Shown here: in pieces, positions 51,717 to 62,200 of the stretch
Layout: every line of letters begins with the position of its first letter
Position numbering within the stretch: the first letter of the stretch is position 1
Origin: Oikopleura dioica
Taxonomy: Eukaryota; Animalia; Chordata
Direction of reading: 5' to 3'
Length of the DNA: 64,000 nucleotides
NCBI GenBank assembly: GCA_907165135.1
Contig: OU015567.1
Span: 2,976,001-3,040,000 of the forward strand
Position numbers and translations under genes: made by a program
The notes under the pieces: model-generated
The model's database searches: none
The model's input: the letters and a program-made list of their open reading frames with translations, nothing else
What the model was told of the DNA's origin: nothing

Positions 51717-53398
51717 ATGTTCATAATTTTCGTGTTCCTTTTTGTCTGCATAAAAAGTTCACGGCACCATCCCTGCACTGCTCGTTTAACAGAGAAGTTT
51801 CAAAGCGTAAATCAAAGAAATAGAAGACCTTATTGGGAATTACAAAAACTCGAAGAAAGAAATAGTTGCAGAAATAAGTGCCAGAGACACACGCACTGGG
51901 TCGAAATATCCGTAAGTTTATGTTTCTTTTCAATTTCTATTGATCATTCGTCAGATTTCCTTTATTTCTTAGCTAAAATTTAAAAAGATGATCAATTATA
52001 AAAGACAATCCCATTATCTTGGCTTTCCTTTATTCGAAGTTAAAGTTTTACTCCCTTATCATAGCGCTAGAAATAAGAAAAATCGGGTTTTTTCTTCAAA
52101 ATTGATTATTTTTTTTTGGAACAATTTTCATTATTTACCTTGTATCTCGATTTTCTTGCACTACTATCTCGTTTTTTTTGCACTATAATAGACCTTTTCC
52201 AGGTAGAAAATATCATGTCTTGCTGTTCCTATTTGATTTTATTCGAGTAAAAGTTAATACCTAATTGTAGGATAATCAGAGTGTCGATAGCTTTGTGAAT
52301 CACAAACCATTATTTATGATAGCTAATTGGTTGTTCAAATTTACCGATAAACTTGTGTCTTTGATCGTTTTTATATCGAACTTATTATATTAGAAACATC
52401 TATGAATAGGGTAGCCGATTATAAACTGAGTTATAAAGTTTTGCTTTGAAAACCAACGAATTCATTTCAAATTAATAAATCGTCCATTCTACTCGTCATC
52501 ATAAATACGACTCGTTGACATTTTCGCGGGCTTAGAAGACATGCATATATTAACGGCTCCACTATCTGATGTAACAACTTTAATTGACACCAATAAATCA
52601 TTTCAGAATGCCATAAAATCGTCACGACCTAAATTTATGTTTCAGCATTTGCACCAACTTTACGGATCTGGGCTTGAAATCGATCTTTACAGTCTTAATG
52701 AAACGATAGCCTTGGATTACGAATTGCCACCGGCGGAGTTTGTTGGAGAATGCGAAGGAAGAACTTATATCGACATTGGAAGATGCTCGGGGACTTGTTC
52801 CTCGAGCTATCACAGAGATGATGGGTAAGCAAGAAGAGTCTCTCCGTATTTATTTATCTCTGCCGAAAAATAACATGGTCCAAGTCTTTTTTCGCGTTTT
52901 TGCTGACTTGGGGCAAAAGAAAGAAAGTCCCGGAAATCCCGCGAAATTGGCTGTTTCTTCCTTACGTAGCGGAAAAACGGGGCTTTAATTAATTGACGCA
53001 CCAGGTCGACGTCAGTATTTAGCTCCAAAAACGCCAGGGACAGAAGGATAAGGAAACAAAGACAGATTTCGAGATTCCCTAACGGCGGCAGATACCGTAA
53101 AACAACGTTACCGGCAAAAAATAAATGAGAGTTTCGTGAAGAATCTTTGATCAACTAAAGGGTTACCCTCTGAAAGGCGGATATTCAAGTAAAAAATAAC
53201 AATCTCATTTTCAGTCAACACATGAACCTGCGCGCAATCAACAACATGATGGAGCCCGGCCTCGACACGCACGTCAAAGTCTGTGCCCCAAGCTACATCG
53301 ACGTCCCCTTAATCGACAATACAGTCGGCGAAGAATTCTGGGAGAGCCATTTGATAATCAAGAGTTGCAATTGTCATTTCTTCCCGAGTTGCCACTGA
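51717..53398 (+). CDS. Highly divergent TGF-beta-superfamily cystine-knot ligand (198 aa, three exons)
   Basis: Exons 51717-51911, 52607-52824 and 53215-53398 join in phase. Signal peptide, RNRR, CQRHTHWVEI, CSGTC, VCAP and SCNC. Confidence 0.8.
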
Positions 53399-54703
53399 TG
53401 CAGTTGTTTTTCAACAAACTATCTAAATTCCCGTTCAACTTTCTTCATTTCTTCATTCGTTCATTTTATTTTCTTTTGATCTGTAACTTTTTCTTATATA
53501 AATCACTGTAAATGCTTCTACTCGTCTTCTGTCTGTTTTTCGTAAAAGAAAAAAGTAATAAAGTAAACTGGAAGGCTTTTCATTTTCCAAATTTTTTTAA
53601 TTTTTCTTGAAACGCTAGCATTATTAACTTTTCTGCAAATATTAGCATTTCTCTCTCGATATGAAAACTTCATTTTATTATGGAAAAAGGGCAGCGGCGA
53701 TTATTTATTTTCTCGCTGACTTGAGCGAATAAATCCTAGATTAATCTGGCTGGATATCATCGCCGGGAGGAAAAATTTTTCAATAGAATAAGAAGAAAAA
53801 GGTCAGGAAAGCCTTGAGAATTCAAAGCAGAGAGAAATTTTCAAAAGAAAAATTGAAAAAATTAAGAAAAATGGATTTCAAATTTGGACATTGGTGAGTT
53901 TTGACGGTTTTATACAGCTGCTTCATCCCCCGAAATTCAATTCTACGGGGCCTTAGGCATAAAAATAGAACTTGTTCATGTGTCATCAAAATCAGCAGCA
54001 AGACACGCCGGCTTGCTGGTATCGATAAGAGATAATAACTGGGTTTTATTTTTTTCAATGAAAAAACATATTCTCAAGACATGACTTCGAGCTTTTTATT
54101 AACTTGCTTAGTGTCTGCTCAGTTCTGTCAGTGATAACGACAGAGACAATATTTACAAAAGGAAGCTCTCAGAGAGATTTATAAAAGAAAGAGAGAGAAG
54201 AATTTAAGCAAATCTCCAAATATAGCAACAAGGCTCAAACTCCAAAATTCTAATAACCCAAGTATTTATTGATGACATTGAAAACAACTATTAGCGGAGC
54301 AAGAAATTCAATTAAAGAAAATAATTTTCCAATTAAAAATGATGACCGACTTAATTAAGTTCATTTGTCTTAAAAACGTGGGGTGTCATAATTTAAACTC
54401 ACAGCTGTCCTTATTTTATTGTGCCTTAACTAATTTATGATAAATGATTGATCCATCCTTTTTTTTTTATTTTTACCGACCACAACTAGTAAGCCAAATT
54501 GTCCATAAAAAAGAGCGTCATGATTTTGACGGCGAATTACGAGTTTTTGGTCATAAAAATCCGTCTTTTTGATTTTCCTATCTGCTTTCAAACATTATCC
54601 TTTCAACAAAAGCCTCCATTGTTCTTTTACACTAGAATCATTCATTTCAAAAACCAAAGTTTCAGAGAAGAAAATGAGCGCGGTCTGAGATAAATAAAAA
54701 ACA

Positions 54704-56056
54704 ATGCAACCAGATAGATATTCGATTTGTACCGCGACTTTGGGAATTATAATATTGTTGCTGATATTTTTTGTTGAAAACGAAGAGACGGATGAAATCG
54801 AGAGTTTTTATCACGAACCTTGGCGAGCTGGGAAGAATATTACGCCGAACGATTTCATTTTTGAGAATGAAATTTGCAACCCTATCAGTAAGTCCCTTCC
54901 TTCACTCTTCTACTTGAGAGTGTCAACATCGATTATTAATTGTTCGACTCATAAGAGATACCCTTACTCGATTGCTGTTGACACCCTTAAATCTCCACTT
55001 TTAGGTATCCCTCCAAAATGGCGATATAACAAGCCCTGGAAGATTGGTTTCCAGCAACAACCCGACTGTCCAAAAAACCTCAAACTCCTTATCCTCGTTG
55101 AATCAGCCCCGAATCACTTTGAGCACAGAAAAGTTCTCCGCCAATTTTTCCGAAAAATGAGACGATCTGACATGGCATTTTTCTTTATTCTCGGAAGAAG
55201 CGATGTCGAAATTGTTGATGAAATCGAGGATGATATTATTGTTGGCGATTTTGATGATAAATATAGGTTGGAAAATTCTGAAAATAAGATTAGCAGGTTG
55301 TTTTTCTAGCAATTTGCCCTCAAAAACAAAAGTTGCTTACGAATACTTTGCCGATTGCGAGGATCCGCCCGAGTTTATGATCATGCAAGATGATGACACT
55401 GTAGCTGACGTCGGTAAGATCCGCTTTTGATCAGTAACACCTTCCTCCGCGCCGGTAACCAAAAGTCGAACCATGTAAAATAGAACGTCAAAAACATGCC
55501 TTCACGGAATCTCAATCAAAAATCCTTGTTTTGCCCATTCAAAATTGAAGAGGATTACACACAGTATTTGAAAGATCCTTAGAAATGCTCAATCAGCATT
55601 TTAATCTTCATTTCTAGAGCCGATTCTCAATATCCTCTATGCCAATGAAGAGACCAAATCCCGATCAGTCTATGGCGTTCTTCACACAAAAGTGCCTAGG
55701 ATGAATTCTTGGATGCGAGGAAAAAACATGTGGGTTGGAACAGCATCCTGGCCCTACCAAAACTGGCCTGACTACATTTCCGGGCCATGTACATTTATGG
55801 ACAAAGAAGCTGCTTTGGCGATCGCAGATGCAGCCACAACGGCGCTAGAAATCTTCAGCATTCCAATCGAAGACGCATTATTTACTGGCATTTTGAGGGT
55901 CAAAGGATGTGTTGACATAAGAGGTGGCGCTCCCCAATGTCACCATCTCGTCGGAAATGTCGACAGTAAGTCATTACATATTTTTTTAGTCAGAACTCGA
56001 ATTTAGAGCTGAAAACACTCACCGGTTATGATGAAAACTGGGTGCCAAAAAGATAG
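54704..56056 (+). CDS. GT31-family glycosyltransferase (beta-1,3-Gal/GlcNAc transferase-like), type II membrane
   Basis: N-terminal TM, LLILVESAPNHFEHRKVLR, FFILG, DIIVGDFDDKY.NLPSK, MQDDD, WPDYISGP and IEDALFTGIL. Confidence 0.9.
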
Positions 56057-56206
56057 AATTCAAAAATAAAATATTTCTGTATATGAGAACACCTACTTTC
56101 TGTAAAACTTTATTCATTCGTTTCTGTATCAAAAAGTTCCAAAACTCGAATTACCAAATAAAAACAAGATTTTAAATTATATTTTTTATTTATTCAAAAT
56201 TGAAGC

Positions 56207-59200
56207 TTATTTTTCATGCGCAAGTTTTTCATTTTCATCATGAACTTTTCTCCCAGCAACTTTTCCGTTCTTCCTCGCCTCTAGTTCCTTTTTCGCCAAA
56301 TCAGCCAAATTTCTTAATCAAAATATAACCAAAAGTCTTAAGAATTCTTTAACCTCGCAGCATAACCAGCTTCAGCTCGCTCAGCGTTGATTTTTGCCTC
56401 TTCTTCCGCGTTTTTTGCCAGAGACTCCAAAATATGCTCGTTGATGGGGTGCCAGTAATCCGGCGTCCAGTCATCTAAATTGGTAGGTATCAAGTCTGCT
56501 CGGCAAATTTTGCTTATCCGTTTTTGTGGGAAAACGATAACATCTCGACATAAAGATTTGACGAAGATCAGTATAATAATGACTCATAATTTTGAATTAA
56601 ACCTCTATTTTTCAGTTGAAATCGCCAGTTTTTTGACAATAAGCTTTTCATTTTGACTTAGATGTACCTGAAATTAAAATCTCATTAGGCTTATCGTGAC
56701 GAGTTTTCTTGCGAACCAGGCGCTCCAGATGAATATTCTTGCTCCAAGACGAGGCGTCTTAATTGATCGTACTCAGAAAAGAGGTTTTTCATTCAAATTA
56801 TCAATAATATTTTTCCAACAGATTCAATTTTCAAGAACATGGAAGCTGTCAAGATAATTTTTCATTATTTTGAGGAATACAATTTTCGACTCAATTATGC
56901 AGCATCATTGATGCAGCATCAAAGTTCAAATTTTGAAAATATTCTAAATTAATTTGAACGGCCTCGTTCCCCCGTAGACAGTGGCAATTTTTTATAAAAA
57001 CTTTTGGAAACCTTGATTTGGCATTTTTATAGTGATAACTTAAGGGTATCAATGATTAAACTTATTTTCGCTCTAGATCACTTCATAAGCTACATTTTGA
57101 TAGCAAAATCTTTAGAAAATCTAATGGTATACGGGGGGAAAGCGTTGTTTGAAAATTGCGAAAAGGTAGACGGGGAGATCCTTAAGTAAATCATTAGTAC
57201 CATAAAAAGTCAAATACAGTGCAATGTGCATTTTTGAGCTCAAAATATGAAATGATACGATAACGCGTTTTCGATGAAAAACAACGATCAAAAGGGAACG
57301 TGAACCTGTTTAGCTATAATCGTAAAAATATTTTTCCAGAAACAGTTTTGCTCGTTTGAAGAGTTTTTTGTAATGATGCGTTTCGCTTAATCCCTACTTG
57401 GGTATTTTTCTTGTTAAAAATAATAACCGTTTTTCCCTGGATTTTGATCCTCATTTTAGTCCTGATTCTTTCTTACCTGATCTGACAAAACTCCCGGCAT
57501 TAGAGCAAATTTCCATTTCGACCAAAGAAACAAAGTCGTGATAATAATCCATGATCGGGGCGCACCCCTCGAATTTCTTCTTCAAATACCCGTCAACATC
57601 TTCGAAAGTGAACACCTTCACATTAAGCTTCTCAACGATCGTGGCTTTCAACTAAAAGCGGAAATCGTCAGTGCGGACAAAATACAAGATTTACTCAGAA
57701 AGCTTTCCGCAAATGCGTGGAAAACATTTTGACGAAAATTGAAGATTATGATCTTTCTCAGAAAATCATTTTTGTATCATAAAAATTGAAAATTTGAACA
57801 AAAAAAGTGGTCAAATGTGAAAAATTCATTCAAGTTTTCAACTTGAAAACATAAATATTTACAAGATAAATAGGCAAAAACATTATTTTTTGGAGTGACA
57901 TGCGGTTTCATGATCGTTGTTTAGAAATAGAACGACGCTTACGTATGAAACAAACCGCCAAGTTTAAAAGAAAAACGAATTTAATGGAGGAAAGAACGTT
58001 ATATTTGCGTTTGATCCTTCTTTTATGACGTGCTCGGGGATAGCCGGAAAGGAAATCCGTTGAAATCGAGTCCTTATCCGAATTTCTTGAAACCCGTGTA
58101 ATTTAAGGCGATCTCGTCATTTTTTTCATTATTTTAAATTTACTGATCAACAAAGCTCCACCCCTCTTACGAACCGCTTGTTTTTGGACATTCTTTATGA
58201 TGCCTTTGATTATCCAATAGACTATTTTCTATATTATAAAACTCGGCAAACTAAATTAAAACTTTGATAAAAGATCTGAAAGTTTTCTTATTAAAAAACT
58301 CGTTGCGGCTTTATTATAAAAGAAGCCGCCGAGCGGCTTCGCAAAAAAACCAAAATGATCAATAATGAAACTCTTGCGAAGCCGCTTCGCGGCTTCATTT
58401 TCAAAAAAGCCGCTACGCGGCTTTTCAAAAGAGAACTTTCAGATACTGACGGGGCGCCCTTAATATTTTACTAATAATCTTCATGGATCAGTTTTTAAAC
58501 TTGTAAGAAGCAGTTTTCGGCCCTTAAAAATTTGAGAACACATTTGTAATCAGCATCGTATGACGCGATTATTTGTGTCCTTGACATCATACACTAAATT
58601 ACGTGTGACCTTATTATAGGCGAAACACGCGTTGAAACTTCATGAAAACACGCAAACGTTCAGGAAAGAAACGGTCGTGAATCTTGATTCGATAAATTAA
58701 CGAAGCGATTAAAAATTGCGGGAATGGCTCACCCACAGCATTGTGCGGAAAATAAGCCTCGTCAGAAATAAAGTTTTTATTTGCAGTCACAGCTAAGGTG
58801 ATCCCACTCGCTATTTGAATAAGATGTTTTTGGAAAGCTTGAAGCTTCCGTTAGTGTTTTGAGTTAAACGACACGTCCGTCTTCTGAACATTTTTTAACG
58901 AAAAAAGGATCAAACATGATCATTACGCGCGAGCTGTTTTATCAAATTTTGAAAATAAGGGGACGCAAAGAGTTTCTAGTTTTACCCGGAAACAGCTCGG
59001 ATTGAACTTATTCCTGTATTTTCTGCCAAGAGTTAAGTCAATTCTCTCTCGTTCTCTTAACTTAGTGAGACCCTTATCTTTCATGATGTTTTTTTCAGAA
59101 ATAAGGGTGTCCATTCCCTACCCTCTTAAAAATATATAGCGAGCACCCACTTTTGAATCTATGATTGTCATAATTTATGACTCAAAAAAGTTCGTTTTGT

Positions 59201-62200
59201 GTAAGCGTCTAAGTACAGCTGTATGCTCTCTATACTAGACGGTTCTCTTTATCAGCTAGTCGTAGCCTCTGCTATATCTTCAATAAAACACGAGGAAAGT
59301 GGTTTCCGATAAAACGTGTATTGCGCACTTTTACTGTGCGTGGACTGATGCAGTGTTCGTAAAAGTGGCAGGGAAGAGCGCGGCGCGAGATCCCTATCAG
59401 ATCTCTAACCGACTTTCAGCACTAAGACCTCACAGCTCCCCAGATTCTAGAGACGATCGAGAATCTTCGGTTGAAGAGTTGAAGTCGGTGAGACGAGTCA
59501 TCGTAGAAGAGCAGAAGGGAAAGGTGAAGGGAAAGGCAGCCAATCAGCTCAGCGAGGCGTCGGAATTGCACCAGCGTAGAGACGAAAAGTCGAGAAATGT
59601 CGGACGGAGATCGAACCATTTCCGGACAGCGGGAGCCAATCAGAGCGCGAGAAGAAGCAGACTCACACCAGACGAGTTTTCTTTTGGAGAAAACTTCCCT
59701 TGTTCTACGAGTACTCTTGCGAGTGTGGTCAACTCGAATCAAGGAAGTTTTTTTCCTGATTCCACCACCAAAGACGCTCGGATTTCCGAAGAAGGGACAA
59801 AGATCAGCTGACGAAGAAGGTGAATGCAAATGATGTCCATGTAGAGAGTCTGCCGCACATCCACGAGGAGCAGAAGTCGTCTTAACAGGTAAAACTTGAA
59901 CATCTTTTTCCACCAAGTCAGTCGAGCGAGGCGTAGTTGAAGTTGACGTTGAACGGGCGGGAGCGGTTGAATTTCCAGCAGTCGAGGGAGGAAGTGAAGC
60001 CGTATTTTGACGCTTCGGATCAGGCAACGAGTCGGGTCTCGCCCTTTTCCTCTTTTTTCTAGTAGACATGCCAGAGGTTAACAATTGCTTTTCAGCAGCC
60101 GGCCTCCCAACCTTTGGTATTTTTGCTAGAGGTTCAGGATACGAACCAGAAGCGCCGACTAGTAGATTTTGAGGCGAATCGGGATCATCGCCACAAATGA
60201 GCTCTTGTACTAGAGCCAGGTCGGAGGGAGATTTGAGATGATCACTGCGCGGTGGGACCAAACGCAGATGAGATCGGTTAGCCCAGTCACGAAAGTCGGC
60301 TCCGTCGACGATTTTGACGACAGTTTTTGAGGCGATTTCATAAGGGCCTATCCAGTGACAGTTGGAATCTTTGGCTACCTTAGTGACGGGTTGATAGAGA
60401 TGGACCATATCGCCGTATTTGAGAAGGCGATCACGATGTAGACGCCTATGTTGGCGTTCCAGAGCTAGATCAGCGGAGCGATTGGCGATTTTCGCTAGCT
60501 TCGAGAGCATTTGAATCCGCTTGCCATAAGTTTCAGGCGAATCGTAGCGTACATCAGGGTCGTGTAGAGTATCAGGCAATGCGAAGAAAACCACCACTTC
60601 GACAATCGTGCGAGCAGCAACATTTGCTCGCTCCCCAGTGGAAACTCGAGCGACGGAACATGTCGTAGATGTGTCGAGTTTAGTGCAGCACAAGCGCTTG
60701 CCGGCACAGTTGGGGAATTCGCCATTTGTCGGGGTTCGGACGGGTCTGTAGAACAGGCCAAGCTCGTCAGTAGAACTTCCAGAGACGTGTTCATACTGGA
60801 CACAAAGAAGGGCGAGTTCATGAAGTTCGCTTCTATTGTGGTAATAAGATGGAAGAACGAGCTCTTTCTGGCTTTGCAAGTAGCTCAGAAGGTCCGAAGT
60901 AGAGGTGTTGGGGCCTGGAGCAGGAGGGTTAAGCTGAATTTTGGCAGCTTGAGAGGGTTGAGATCGACGAGCGTCAGCGTAACTATGAAAATCTGCGCTA
61001 CTGGGGTTGCCAGAGTCGATCAGGAGCGCATTCCATGGATCACGAGCGTACGACTTGATTTTGAGAGCCTGAGTGTAGATTTCTGCTCCAGGACTATCTC
61101 GTCGTTGAAAAATGCCTTTGGTACCAGTTCCACCAAATGGGACATTTGCGGCGTGATCGGTGACAGTACTGCTGATGAGTGGCGGCGCGTTGTGGCCGTC
61201 TGTCACTAGAATGCGGGTTCCAGCGAATTTTGAATCGCTGAAATTGATGATAGCGCGGGACTCGCCTCGGGCCTTAGTCTCGGAGTTGACGCCAGTGAAA
61301 GTGAACTTGGAGCTCTGCAGATGCTTCAAAAGTTCGTCAGGGATGTGCCATTTTGGCAGCCATTTAGGCAAGATAACATCGTCGGCGCCAGTGTCGAACA
61401 TGCCGTTTTTGACGGTTGAAGAATGTTCGGCGAGAGTGACTGTGAAGTCAGGTCTGGAAGGTTTTGAGAAGGTGAGTTGCGCGGGGGAAGTGGAGTTAGA
61501 GTTGCGCCGATCTAACTCTCGATCCGAAAAAGCTTGGTCGTTGTCAACGGGAGAAGCGGAATCGGTGCCAATAGCGGAGTCATGGACGTCAGCTGAGTCG
61601 TCAGAACTCTGGGTCTCGATCGGATCAGTGCGAGAGGCTCCAGGTGAATGTTCGAACTCCAATAAAGCCTTACATCGGGCATTTATTAGCTTTAGGCGAG
61701 TTTTGATCGCTTCTAAGGCGGCTTTGAGTAGCGCAGGGTTGGCGGCGAGAGCAAACACGTGGTCCAAGACCTCATCCCTAAACGCATTTAGCGTGAGGAT
61801 GCAGAAGCATGAATCAATTCGGTCAGCGGGGATGTCGAGCGCGTAGCAGGCGCTGACAGGGGACATTTTGGCGGGCCAAACTGTCGTTGGAGATTGAGAT
61901 CGGCGAAGTTCACGAGGTTTCGTTGGCGGAACTGATCAAAATCGGCGGCGCGGCATAACGGAATTGGCGGTAAGAGGTTCACAACAAGATATTGTACCTT
62001 TACAAAGCGCTCAAGTAACTGGGAATTTCCTTGAGCGGCGCACGTGGCGACTTTTTCACGTGAAGTGTATGTTCCAGGCAGCCGGCGGCGAAATGAGCAA
62101 TTCAGGCGCGGTCGGAGACGAGTTCCACGGTGTTCAGGGCGATAAAATGCGGCAGTTACAGTTTTCACAACTTGACTGACCTCGTTTGTGTGCACAGAAG

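Noticed and set aside
60787-61846. 140-aa and 228-aa + strand ORFs inside the LTR element
   Set aside because: Antisense shadows of the 814-codon ORF, with no motifs.
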